This document shows positions 38,766 to 48,053 of a stretch of 64,000 nt of DNA, one piece after another. This DNA comes from Bacteriovoracaceae bacterium (lineage in GTDB: Bacteria > Bdellovibrionota > Bacteriovoracia > Bacteriovoracales > Bacteriovoracaceae). The translations under genes were made by a program, and so were the position numbers. The DNA lies in the NCBI GenBank assembly GCA_965217035.1, contig OZ244226.1, forward strand, positions 1,284,146 through 1,348,145, in the 5' to 3' direction. The stretch's first letter is position 1, and each line of letters opens with the position of its first letter. The notes beneath the pieces are model-generated. The model ran no database searches. It was not told the DNA's origin and saw only the letters and a list, made by a program, of their open reading frames with translations.

Positions 38766-38806
38766 AAAACAAAAAAGCCCCACACAAAGGTGAGGCTTTT
38801 TGTTTT
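38766..38806. terminator. Bidirectional intrinsic terminator after the tRNA pair
   Basis: AAAACAAAAAAGCC...GGCTTTTTGTTTT. Confidence 0.8.
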
Positions 38807-38809
38807 CCA

Positions 38810-38886
38810 TGGTGGGTCTGGCTGGACTCGAACCAGCGACCCCGTCCTTATCAGGGACGTACTCTAACCAGCTGAGCTACAGACCC
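38810..38886 (-). tRNA. tRNA-Ile(GAT)
   Basis: GGGTCTGTAGCTCAGCTGGTTAGAG...CTGATAA...GGTTCGAGTCC...ACCA; cloverleaf with encoded CCA. Confidence 0.97.
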
Positions 38887-38904
38887 ATGGACATAAACAA
38901 TGAA

Positions 38905-38980
38905 TGGTGGAGATGACAGGAGTCGAACCTGCGACCCCCTGAATGCAAATCAGGTGCTCTCCCAACTGAGCTACACCCCC
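38905..38980 (-). tRNA. tRNA-Ala(TGC)
   Basis: GGGGGTGTAGCTCAGTTGGGAGAGC...TTTGCAT...GGTTCGACTCC...TCCACCA; G3:U70 pair. Confidence 0.97.
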
Positions 38981-39005
38981 ACAGTACATTGCAAAACGAA
39001 GTTGT

Positions 39006-39034
39006 AATTTAGGAGACTTGGGCAAGGTTGTCAA
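39006..39034 (-). promoter_or_regulatory. sigma70 promoter of the tRNA-Ala/Ile operon
   Basis: TTGACA-N17-TAAATT. Confidence 0.8.
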
Positions 39035-39086
39035 TATTCATCAAAAGAGCGATCATCCTTCAATCATATATTTAAAGGAGTTATTC

Positions 39087-39539
39087 ATGGAAACAAATGA
39101 ACAAGGCTTATCAAACGCTCATGCCTTATTAAAGACCCAAAATGGATCTGTAAAAATTCAATTTTTCCCAAATGAAGCTCCTAAAACGGTTGCAAGAATC
39201 ACCCAATTAATCTCTGAAGGCTTTTATAATGGGATTGTTTTTCACCGAGTCATTCCTGGTTTCGTTGCTCAAGCCGGAGATCCAACAGGGACTGGAACTT
39301 CAGGAAGTGGGAAAAAGCTCGCTGCTGAGTTCAACTCTCGTCCTCATAAGACCGGAACAGTTGCTATGGCCAGAGCTCAAGATCCTAATAGTGCAGACTC
39401 GCAATTCTATATCTGCTTAGCCGACACTCCACATCTGGACGGACAATACACGGTCTTCGGAACAGTCACGGAGGGCTTTGAAAACGTAGAAAAAATCAAT
39501 CAAGGTGACACGATTGAGACTTTTGAGTTCTTTAATTAA
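39087..39539 (+). CDS. Cyclophilin-type peptidyl-prolyl cis-trans isomerase
   Basis: FYNGIVFHRVIPGFVAQAGDP, MARAQDPNSADSQFYI, HLDGQYTVFG; ATG 39087 with AAGGAG SD. Confidence 0.95.
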   Translation: METNEQGLSNAHALLKTQNGSVKIQFFPNEAPKTVARITQLISEGFYNGIVFHRVIPGFVAQAGDPTGTGTSGSGKKLAAEFNSRPHKTGTVAMARAQDPNSADSQFYICLADTPHLDGQYTVFGTVTEGFENVEKINQGDTIETFEFFN

Positions 39540-39939
39540 ATAACGCTTCTCGCCAAAGAGCAAAATTTGCCATTAAACTTAGAGCAAAAAATAAAACTCT
39601 TGGAAGAATCTTATTTGATCCCATGTGAACAATACCATGCAAAATTCTCAAGGCGACAAAAGCCCAAGCTAAAGCAAGTTGAAAATCACTTGCTTCTCCT
39701 TTGAAACAAAGGATCGCACAGGCAATATAAAACAGAACAGGGACTTCCATTAAGTTTGTATAATGCCTTGAGGCCTGCTTAATATAGCGAGGAACCTCGC
39801 CAACATCATAAGTTTTAAAATACTTCGCGCTTACTTCACCATTTTTAACGGCCCTTACTCGAGTCACAAACATGTAAATCATAACAAGATGAGTAAAAAC
39901 AAAGAGAGTAAACATTGGATAAACAATCGATGAATTCAT
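39532..39939 (-). CDS. MAPEG family membrane protein
   Basis: NLMEVPVLFY, LAWAFVALRILHGIVH; start placed at ATG 39939. Confidence 0.85.
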   Translation of the reverse strand: MNSSIVYPMFTLFVFTHLVMIYMFVTRVRAVKNGEVSAKYFKTYDVGEVPRYIKQASRHYTNLMEVPVLFYIACAILCFKGEASDFQLALAWAFVALRILHGIVHMGSNKILPRVLFFALSLMANFALWREALFN

Positions 39940-40013
39940 AAATTCCTCACGCTGTGCTTTTGACACTAGTTTATCGCTCTCGATACAATTTACCCACAAA
40001 ATAAGGAGTTTCA

Positions 40014-40997
40014 GTGTTTAAGTTATTTTTTGGACTTTTCCTCATTAACTCATTTGCTTTTGCTCAAAAGAAAAAAATCAAATCTTGCAAAATCAAAGAA
40101 GGGTCGCTCATTGTCGTCAATCAAAAAGGTAAAGTTCTTAAAAAGTTTGTTGAAAGAAATGTAAAAGATAAACTCGTTTGTAAATCTCAAATCGCTCTTG
40201 CATTTATTGGTGATTATTTTTTATCGAGTAATGGAGAGGAAATTGTTTCTCTTAAACTCAAAAAGAGAATTGATCCAAGCTCAGAAGTTTTATTAAATGG
40301 CTCTACAGTAGGAGCAGTCATTAATGATTCTAGTTTGATCGTAACAGATGGCACCGGGTTTTTAGCAACATCCTTTGATGATAAGTACAATAAAAAGGAA
40401 TTTATTCATATAAAGGCAAAAGATAACTTAATTGGTGGAATGATTGGGGAACTTTTCTTTGCTTCAGATGGGAAAGTAACAAAAAAGAAATCATTTCCTC
40501 GATTTAATCCAGATACAAAACCTCGAATCGAAGTTGATAAAGATATCGTTGGGGTTTACTGGCAAGACTACCTAATTGCCTCTGATTTTTTTGATCTAAA
40601 ATCTCGTCGCCTTCAAAGTATTGAAGGGATGGCAAAGACCGCTGCTGCAGATAAGCGCTTCGTAACAATTCATGGAGAATATCTTTATTTATCTGATGGG
40701 AATGAAATAAAAAGAAAATACTTCTCTGATCTTAATCTTAAAGAGGTTTTAATCACCGGAAATAAAAACGTTATTGCAGCTTATATTCCACCGTATTTCG
40801 TAGCCATCGATTCAAAGAGATTTAGAATTAATATTGAGTATGTGAATAAACCAGGAGAAGTTGTTGCCAAAGAAAACTTTGCTATTTTTGCAACAAAAGA
40901 AAAACTCTATATTTATAATGTCCTAACAGGGAGTTTTTCTCGTCGAAAAACTACTTTCCGTGACGGTCGCCGTCTGGGATATAGAGGAACTTTTTAA
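40014..40997 (+). CDS. Secreted protein with about 40-aa beta repeats (beta-propeller-like)
   Basis: Signal peptide, AAGGAG SD, recurring hhxxxYhhhSDG units. Confidence 0.6.
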   Translation: MFKLFFGLFLINSFAFAQKKKIKSCKIKEGSLIVVNQKGKVLKKFVERNVKDKLVCKSQIALAFIGDYFLSSNGEEIVSLKLKKRIDPSSEVLLNGSTVGAVINDSSLIVTDGTGFLATSFDDKYNKKEFIHIKAKDNLIGGMIGELFFASDGKVTKKKSFPRFNPDTKPRIEVDKDIVGVYWQDYLIASDFFDLKSRRLQSIEGMAKTAAADKRFVTIHGEYLYLSDGNEIKRKYFSDLNLKEVLITGNKNVIAAYIPPYFVAIDSKRFRINIEYVNKPGEVVAKENFAIFATKEKLYIYNVLTGSFSRRKTTFRDGRRLGYRGTF

Positions 40998-41220
40998 TAA
41001 CAAAAAAGATCACAATCAAGATGCCAAGTAACCAGTAAGTTCCAACTTTAGATTGATAGGCTTCTGGTTTTTCTACATCCATTCCTGGAAAGATAGGATG
41101 ATAAGGCTTTTCAGCAACTTCAGTCACGAGTGATGTATCATGCTCACTCGGCTGGGTATTTAAAGCTTCTTGTTCTACAATTGTTTCTGGTTTGTCTTTT
41201 ACTTCAGTAGGGTTTTCCAT
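40951..41220 (-). CDS. Small single-TM protein at the end of the oxidase operon
   Basis: GGAG SD, acidic N-terminus, one TM. Confidence 0.6.
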   Translation of the reverse strand: MENPTEVKDKPETIVEQEALNTQPSEHDTSLVTEVAEKPYHPIFPGMDVEKPEAYQSKVGTYWLLGILIVIFFVIKKFLYIPDGDRHGK

Positions 41221-41229
41221 CTCTCTCTC

Positions 41230-41514
41230 CTAACGACCAATTGTCTCTAATGAAACGACCGCTGCATAAATAAATGCAGAAACCGGAACAAGGGCAATAA
41301 TTTTTAACCAAGTGTATTCTTCTTTAAGATGCATGTAATACCAGCCAACAAGTCCTGCTTTAATAAGGGCCAAACCTGTTAGCCATCCAGCATGCCAGAG
41401 CTGAGAAAGTTTCAACTCTGGAATAACAACCTCAATCGCCGTGAGCACTGCAAGCGCTACGAAGATAATCATGTATTCTTTAAAATGACTTTTATAAGCG
41501 CCTTCCGTCGCCAT
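41230..41514 (-). CDS. ctaF: Cytochrome c oxidase subunit IV
   Basis: LAVLTAIEV, KAGLVGWYYMHL. Confidence 0.85.
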   Translation of the reverse strand: MATEGAYKSHFKEYMIIFVALAVLTAIEVVIPELKLSQLWHAGWLTGLALIKAGLVGWYYMHLKEEYTWLKIIALVPVSAFIYAAVVSLETIGR

Positions 41515-41516
41515 AA

Positions 41517-42185
41517 CTAACTCCTCCGATGGATCAGTTTATTAATTAATAAACCAAGATCAATCATCATTTTATCTATTTCAGTTTTTTCATTTGAATA
41601 ATAAGCTCTTATCTGTCCTTTCTCATCAACAAGAACAAATTTCTCAGCATGAGCAATATCGTAAACATTATTGAAGGGTTGCTTTGCTCCAATTGCAAAC
41701 TTAAATCCCCCCATAATAATATTTTCAAGTTCTTTAAATGGACCTGTCAAAAATCTCCAAACATGGGGATTAGCATGAAGTTCCCGAGCATGATCAAAAA
41801 GAACCTTTGAAGTATCAGTATTAGGGTCAACTGTAAAAGAAACAATTGCGACCTTTGTTCCAAGACCTCTCACCCTCTTTTGAATTTTTTGAGTCGCCTT
41901 CATTATCTCAGGACAAGATGTCGGACATGAAGTGAAGTGAAAGTTTGCGATATAAGGTTTTCCCTTGAGTTCTTCACTTCCAAATGTTTTTCCATTCTCG
42001 TCTGTTAACTTAAACTCCGGAAGAGTATAAAGAACCGGAAGATCTGGTGGAAGTACTCTATTCATCGACCTGTAGATAGGATAAGCAAAAAGAAATAGGC
42101 TTATAAAAATCCAAAACCACTTGTTCATAACAAGTTTTTGAATTGGATTCGGAGTATTTACAGCAGTTACAGTTCCAGCTGTCAT
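41517..42185 (-). CDS. SCO family copper chaperone
   Basis: FTSCPTSCP, TVDP..DT, IAH...LVD. Confidence 0.93.
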   Translation of the reverse strand: MTAGTVTAVNTPNPIQKLVMNKWFWIFISLFLFAYPIYRSMNRVLPPDLPVLYTLPEFKLTDENGKTFGSEELKGKPYIANFHFTSCPTSCPEIMKATQKIQKRVRGLGTKVAIVSFTVDPNTDTSKVLFDHARELHANPHVWRFLTGPFKELENIIMGGFKFAIGAKQPFNNVYDIAHAEKFVLVDEKGQIRAYYSNEKTEIDKMMIDLGLLINKLIHRRS

Positions 42186-43093
42186 TACTTTAAAGTCTCC
42201 TTTAATTTACGACGTGCTTCCTTGTTCTTCTTAAGCTTCATAAGTGAATCAACATAATAAGCAACGGCCCAGATCTCATGATCTTCAATCGTTCCTTTCC
42301 AAGCAGGCATTCCAGACCCAGTAACACCAGCAGCAAGTCTCCAAGCAATATCCTCTACATTATTGATAGATCTTAATTCGTGCCATGTGAAATCAGGTGG
42401 TAAATATTTAGCGAATCTTTCCTCACTGTCGTAAAAATAGTATTCAGATTCTTGAATTTTCAACTGATAAAAATCAGCTTCAAAATCATCTGCTGAAAGT
42501 TTTTCGCCATTATACTTTTCATTCAACTTAGAGAATTCATCTTTGCTAATATAAGCCTGGTGACAGGTCTGACAGTTCGCTACCATGTGGTAAACTTCTT
42601 TTCCTTTAATGATAGCTGCTTCTTTTCTCGCTAAGCTATATGGGTCTGGCGATAACTCTACTTTAATACCTTTTTCATTATCTTTATTTTCCCAAACTTG
42701 AGGAGCAAACGTTTTAATATATTGAGTAACTGCTAATGCCTGGTCTTTAGAGATATCCCACTTAAACATTGCAGTACCGTTAAGACCCCCTTGGATGATT
42801 CTTACGAAATCATGATCTGAAGGAAGTCCACCATCTGCAGAATAACCAAACTTATAAAGACCTTGCTTAAAGTTTCTTGGCGGTGGTAATGATCCTTTAG
42901 CAGCCGGACCATTTCCATCTCCGTTCTCTCCATGGCAAGCAGCACAGTATTCAAGATAAACATGCTTTCCAAGAGTTAAAACTTCGGCAGAAACTTGCTG
43001 ATTTCCAATAAAAGTTCTTCCCTTCTTGAAGCCTAATTCATTTTTACTACATGAAAAAAGAATTGCGACTAAAGACAATGTTAAGAGTTTCAT
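42185..43093 (-). CDS. Diheme cytochrome c lipoprotein
   Basis: LFSC lipobox; CAACH with GTAM and CQTCH with GSGMP; start placed at ATG 43093. Confidence 0.88.
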   Translation of the reverse strand: MKLLTLSLVAILFSCSKNELGFKKGRTFIGNQQVSAEVLTLGKHVYLEYCAACHGENGDGNGPAAKGSLPPPRNFKQGLYKFGYSADGGLPSDHDFVRIIQGGLNGTAMFKWDISKDQALAVTQYIKTFAPQVWENKDNEKGIKVELSPDPYSLARKEAAIIKGKEVYHMVANCQTCHQAYISKDEFSKLNEKYNGEKLSADDFEADFYQLKIQESEYYFYDSEERFAKYLPPDFTWHELRSINNVEDIAWRLAAGVTGSGMPAWKGTIEDHEIWAVAYYVDSLMKLKKNKEARRKLKETLK

Positions 43094-43111
43094 TCTAATA
43101 TCCTTCCTCAA

Positions 43112-43693
43112 CTAAATTAAAAACAATACAACAAACATCAAGGCCCAGATTATTCCTAAGAAATGCCAGAACTTGATAATATTTTCTACTTTGTTCTCAA
43201 ACTGAACATGCCCAAGATTTTCAACCTTGAGGGTTTTAAGTAGGTAAAAAAGACCCAATAGACCAAGAACAACATGACCTGCATGAATCCAAGTAAAGCC
43301 ATGTAATATTGATGCAAAAATTCCAGAGCTCGTCATAAGTCCTGAAGACTCAAGACTTAGCCAAAGAAGTTTTTGAGTAACAAGAAATCCAATTCCAAGA
43401 ATTAATGTTCCCCAAAGAAAAAACTTTGCATCATTTCTCTTTATCATCTCAAATGATTTTTGATAACGGTGAAGCGTAAGACTACTTATTGCGATAAACA
43501 AAGTACTCAGTGAAGGCCAGATAAGAGAGACTTTTTCAAATCCCATCGGCGGCCATTGAGTATTTTGAAATCGAAATAAAGCATAAGATAAAAACAAAGC
43601 GGCAAAAAGCATTCCCCATGAAACAAGGGCAATATAGAAGCCAAGTTGGCTTGCTTCTTTTTGTTGAATGGCTTCAGCACTCTTTGTTGTCAT
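43112..43693 (-). CDS. ctaE: Cytochrome c oxidase subunit III-like (copy 2)
   Basis: LFAALF, HAGHV, FWHFLGIIW. Confidence 0.85.
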   Translation of the reverse strand: MTTKSAEAIQQKEASQLGFYIALVSWGMLFAALFLSYALFRFQNTQWPPMGFEKVSLIWPSLSTLFIAISSLTLHRYQKSFEMIKRNDAKFFLWGTLILGIGFLVTQKLLWLSLESSGLMTSSGIFASILHGFTWIHAGHVVLGLLGLFYLLKTLKVENLGHVQFENKVENIIKFWHFLGIIWALMFVVLFLI

Positions 43694-43695
43694 TA

Positions 43696-45423
43696 TTATG
43701 CCTTAATAAGATCCTCTGTTTGATATTGAAAATCTTTTCCTTCTGGAAGATTAGGATTTCCAAATTCATGCGGTCCACATTTAACTGTAGGAATCTCTTC
43801 AAAATTGTAATGAATAGGTGGAGACGGAAGTGTCCACTCAAGTGTTCCAACATTCCAAGGATTTGAAGGAGCTTGCTTTTTACTTCTCATAGAGATGATG
43901 CAATTAATAACGAATGGAATCTGTGCAAACCCCATTAAAATTGCAGACCATGTAACAACTGTTGAAATTGGTAAAAGCTTCTCTAGGTGCTCATAAACGA
44001 ATGGGTTATATAGTCTTCTATGCATTCCAGCGAATCCCATAACCATCATTCCAAAGAAAATTCCATTAAGGCCAATCATTGACCCCCAAAAGTGAATTTT
44101 TCCAAGTGTTTCATCGAGCATGCGTCCAAACATTTTTGGAAACCAAAAATAAGTGGCAGCATAGCCTCCAAGAAGAACCGAAGCAGCCATCGTATAGTGG
44201 AAGTGACCAACAACAAAATAAGTATCGTGAAGATAAAGGTCAGTAGAAACTGTTCCAAGGTAAAGACCCGTCAAACCTCCGAGGCCAAAAACGAAAACAA
44301 CACCTAGAGAAAATAACATAGGTGTGTCGAATCGAATCGATCCTTTATAAAGAGTTCCAAGCCAGTTCGCAAAAAGAACTGCCGAAGGAATTGAAATCGT
44401 CATTGTTAAGGTCATAAATGTTTGTGTAAGAAGAGGACTCATCTGAGTCGTAAACATATGATGCCCGTAAACAACAGTTGAAAGAATAGAAATCGTTGTC
44501 ATTGCAAGGGCAGTCGACTTCGCTCCGAATGCTGGCTTTCTCGAAAAGAAAGAAAGAATATCAGAAACGATCCCCCAAGCTGGTAAAATTAAAATATAAA
44601 CTTCAGGATGACCGAAAATCCAGAAAACGTGTTGGAAAAGAATCGGATCACCTGTTCCACTTGTTGCTGCTGCACCAGCGAGGAAAAAGGTTGTTCCAAA
44701 AACTCTATCAAAGATAAGAAGAAGAACACCCGCTCCAAGAACTGGCAAAAAGATAGCATTCAGGATCGCTGTTAACCAAAGACCCCAAATCGTAAGCGGC
44801 ATATCGAAATAGCCCATTCCTGGTGCACGGAATGAAATAACAGTCGTAATATAGTTGACTGCTCCCATTGTTGAACTTACTCCGAGAACAAAGATTGCAA
44901 GACACCAAAGTGTTTGACCAGAACCAGCCGATCCAATCAAAGTACTAAGAGTTGGATAAGAGGTCCATCCACCCGCCGCACCTCCAAGAGGGAAAAACAG
45001 AGAAGATAAAAGAATGATTCCTGAAACTGCTGCAATATGAAATGAAAGCATATTCAGGAGAGGGAATGCCATATCTCTTGCGCCAATCATTAATGGAATA
45101 CAAAAGTTACCAAAGGCTCCAATCAGAATCGGAGTAATAGCATAAAAAATCATAATCGTTCCATGCAATGTAAAAAGCATGGCATAAGTATCAGGAGGAA
45201 TAACTCCTCCCGTTTCAGGAAAAAGAAAAGATCCAATAACTGGGAAAGCTTCTCCTGGATAAGCTTGCGTCCATCGAATCATTAGAGCCATTAAGCCCCC
45301 AACGAAAAGAAAGAAAATCCCATACCAAAGAAATTGTTTTCCAATTACCTTGTGATCATAAGAAAAAACGTATTTGCTTAAAAACGTTTTTGGGGCTGCG
45401 TGTTTACCATGTACGTATGTCAT
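43696..45423 (-). CDS. ctaD: Heme-copper oxidase subunit I, A1-type motif
   Basis: DHKVIG, LHGTIM, GARDMAFP, GHPEVY, GHH, HDTY, HFHY, RR. Confidence 0.96.
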   Translation of the reverse strand: MTYVHGKHAAPKTFLSKYVFSYDHKVIGKQFLWYGIFFLFVGGLMALMIRWTQAYPGEAFPVIGSFLFPETGGVIPPDTYAMLFTLHGTIMIFYAITPILIGAFGNFCIPLMIGARDMAFPLLNMLSFHIAAVSGIILLSSLFFPLGGAAGGWTSYPTLSTLIGSAGSGQTLWCLAIFVLGVSSTMGAVNYITTVISFRAPGMGYFDMPLTIWGLWLTAILNAIFLPVLGAGVLLLIFDRVFGTTFFLAGAAATSGTGDPILFQHVFWIFGHPEVYILILPAWGIVSDILSFFSRKPAFGAKSTALAMTTISILSTVVYGHHMFTTQMSPLLTQTFMTLTMTISIPSAVLFANWLGTLYKGSIRFDTPMLFSLGVVFVFGLGGLTGLYLGTVSTDLYLHDTYFVVGHFHYTMAASVLLGGYAATYFWFPKMFGRMLDETLGKIHFWGSMIGLNGIFFGMMVMGFAGMHRRLYNPFVYEHLEKLLPISTVVTWSAILMGFAQIPFVINCIISMRSKKQAPSNPWNVGTLEWTLPSPPIHYNFEEIPTVKCGPHEFGNPNLPEGKDFQYQTEDLIKA

Positions 45424-46181
45424 TCTTCACTCTCCCACTTCCATCCCCAGAAGTTATCAATATTATCATTATCATTTCCTACATCTGCTAAGTATTGAGC
45501 TTCGTTATACCACTCATTAAACTCTTCTTCCGTGTGTACAAAGAGACGACCTTGCATCATATAGTGATGTGTTCCACACATTTCAGCACAAGCAATCGAA
45601 AACTCACCTGTTTTAGTTGTCTCAAACCACATTCTAGAAATTCTTCCAGGCATCGCATCGACTTTAAGCCTAGCATTAGGAATAAAAAAAGAGTGGATAA
45701 CGTCTTTCGATGTTACTCGAAACTCAACTTTTTTCCCTACTGGTAGATGAAGTTCATGATTCGTAAGAACATCATCCGCCGTATTGAATTCTCCATCAGC
45801 TCCTGCCATTCTAAAGTTCCACATCCATTGCTGAGCAAGAACTTCAACTCTCACAACTTCTTCATCTGCTTTTGGAAAATTCCAAAACTCATTCAACATG
45901 TCATCGTTAGACATTCTCGTGATGTTAATATCAATTAATAAGAAAACTGAAGCTCCTATCAGGTAACCAACAATGGCCTGTTGTTTTTTCTTATTCCCGT
46001 AAGTGTATTCACCTTTGGGGCTTCTTTTTTGTGAATAAAGATAAGAAAATCCAAATAACCCCACGCAAACAAAGAAAAAGAAAATAATATTCATCACTGT
46101 GGTGTAGCTAAAAAGATAATCAATCAAATGCCCGTTAGTCGTAATGATCTCTGGTGGGGCAATCATCTCCATAAAACTCAT
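45420..46181 (-). CDS. ctaC: Cytochrome c oxidase subunit II (CuA)
   Basis: QWMW, DVIHSF, CAEMCGTHHYMM. Confidence 0.95.
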   Translation of the reverse strand: MSFMEMIAPPEIITTNGHLIDYLFSYTTVMNIIFFFFVCVGLFGFSYLYSQKRSPKGEYTYGNKKKQQAIVGYLIGASVFLLIDINITRMSNDDMLNEFWNFPKADEEVVRVEVLAQQWMWNFRMAGADGEFNTADDVLTNHELHLPVGKKVEFRVTSKDVIHSFFIPNARLKVDAMPGRISRMWFETTKTGEFSIACAEMCGTHHYMMQGRLFVHTEEEFNEWYNEAQYLADVGNDNDNIDNFWGWKWESEE

Positions 46182-46196
46182 AGTTCTTCCTCTAAC

Positions 46197-48053
46197 TTAG
46201 TTATTAAAGACAACAACAAGGATTCCCAGTTGAACTGGAAGATACACAAGAGTGCTAAAAAAGAACTTTCGTGCCCAAGTTGTTACCATATTTTCATTCG
46301 TTATTTTTAAACCCTTAAATGCATATAAACAGAAAAAGACGCCAAGAACTGCTGTCACAATTGTATACATTGAGCTTTGCGTAATATTTAAATAAATTGG
46401 TAAGTATGCGACTCCGACAAGAAGAATTGCATAACTAAACATTCTTAACGCCGTTCTTTTATCACCAATAGTATTCGGAAAAACAATAATTCCTGCGTCT
46501 CCATAATCTTTTTTATGCATGATCGAAATCGCAAGAAAGTGTGGAAGTTGCCATAAGAAGAGGATTCCAAAAAGGATAAGACCTATTGGTTGGATATCTC
46601 CAGTCACCGCTGTTTGTCCCATTAGTGGAGGAAGTGCTCCTGGAATAGCTCCAAGAAAAACAGCATAAGCTGTTCTTTGTTTCGCAGGTGTGTACATTAA
46701 GAGATAAGTAATCATCGCAACAACACCAAGAATGGCCGTCAAAGCATTTACCCAAGAAAAAATTAAAATAACAGCAATCATACAAATAATTGCACTTGCA
46801 GAAAAACCAAACAAAGGTCCGATCCTTCCAGCGGCCATAGGTCTATCCGCCGTTCTTGCCATTCTTTTATCAATATCTCTTTCCATCCAACAGTTTAAAG
46901 AACAAGCTCCACCAACGAGTAGGGTTATAGAAAAAAGAGATCCTAGGACTTTTGTAAAGGTAACAGGCTCCCCTGCTAGATAGATTCCGATCCCAGCAGT
47001 AAAGATAACTAAGCCGGATAATCTTGGTTTCATCGTTGAGAAATAATCAACCAACTTGTCATAAGATTGATTTTCAAAAACTCCATGTTTTTTTAAATAA
47101 CTTAATTCAAGAAGTATTTTCCAAGTCAAAGCAAAAAGAAGAGCTGCTCCAGTTAAATGTAATGTCGTTGCACCTACTCCAAGACTTGTCGCTACTGCAA
47201 GAAGACCAAGCTTAACTTGAAGAACAATGATAATAGGAAGAAGAACAAGTTTAATTTTTAAAGCATTTTGAAAAGGAACTTTCTTTTCAAATGTCTTAAT
47301 CGATCGATACCCAACAAATCCAAAATAAATCACAAATATAGCAATAAAATAAGCGAAATACCTATGCACCATATGAAGAGCTGCAGGAAATGAATTAGGA
47401 AACCAACTTTTTTCAAAAAGAACAAGATCAAAACAAGCAAAAGCATTTTCCCAGCCTGTGCCACATACAGAACCAAGACCAAGATGCCTCATTGAAGCCC
47501 CAAGAATCATTTGACCATAGATAAAAAGAAGCCCAAATGAAACAAGCTTAAGGATACTTTTATTCCAAGTTCCTTTTGATTCAAAGCTCTCAGTTTTTGA
47601 TTCTGCATCTGCAAAATCAGCAGCCAATGCTTTGGCTGTCTCACTTGTTTGAACCAAATGATAAAGATAAATAAACACTCCAAAAACAATCATTGATGTC
47701 GCTAGATGTGCAGTTGAAACAATCGTTGGAAGTTTATAAATAACAGTAAGCCCGCCAAGAACTCCTTGAAAAACAACAAGTGCTAGTCCAAAGAGACTAA
47801 ACTTAAAAATTCTTGATTGACCATATTTTTTGTAAGAGAAAAAACTAATAAGAATTGAAAGAAAACCAACAAGAGCCCCAAGTAATCGATGAGAATGTTC
47901 AATGAGAACGCCACCCTCCATCTTAGGCATCACTTGGCCAAAACACAGAGGCCAATCCGGGCATGCTAAACTTGAACCAGTATTGTGAACAAATCCGCCC
48001 AAGTTAATGAGTGCAAAAGTAATAAGAATTGTGGATCCAATTAAAAATTTCAC
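46197..48053 (-). CDS. ctaA-ctaB: Fused heme A synthase / heme O synthase
   Basis: N-half LACPDWPLC, EHSHR; C-half KPR, ERDID..MART..RP, LWQLPHF, DY..AG. Confidence 0.92.
   Translation of the reverse strand: MKFLIGSTILITFALINLGGFVHNTGSSLACPDWPLCFGQVMPKMEGGVLIEHSHRLLGALVGFLSILISFFSYKKYGQSRIFKFSLFGLALVVFQGVLGGLTVIYKLPTIVSTAHLATSMIVFGVFIYLYHLVQTSETAKALAADFADAESKTESFESKGTWNKSILKLVSFGLLFIYGQMILGASMRHLGLGSVCGTGWENAFACFDLVLFEKSWFPNSFPAALHMVHRYFAYFIAIFVIYFGFVGYRSIKTFEKKVPFQNALKIKLVLLPIIIVLQVKLGLLAVATSLGVGATTLHLTGAALLFALTWKILLELSYLKKHGVFENQSYDKLVDYFSTMKPRLSGLVIFTAGIGIYLAGEPVTFTKVLGSLFSITLLVGGACSLNCWMERDIDKRMARTADRPMAAGRIGPLFGFSASAIICMIAVILIFSWVNALTAILGVVAMITYLLMYTPAKQRTAYAVFLGAIPGALPPLMGQTAVTGDIQPIGLILFGILFLWQLPHFLAISIMHKKDYGDAGIIVFPNTIGDKRTALRMFSYAILLVGVAYLPIYLNITQSSMYTIVTAVLGVFFCLYAFKGLKITNENMVTTWARKFFFSTLVYLPVQLGILVVVFNN

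Noticed and set aside
29513..38886. Integrated element ending at the tRNA-Ile 3' end
   Set aside because: No integrase and no duplicated tRNA 3' end found; the interval contains core ftsK.
43696..45423. Subunit I as a nitric oxide reductase
   Set aside because: It keeps HPEVY with the cross-link Tyr, the D-channel and a CuA subunit II, and lacks the NOR glutamate pattern.
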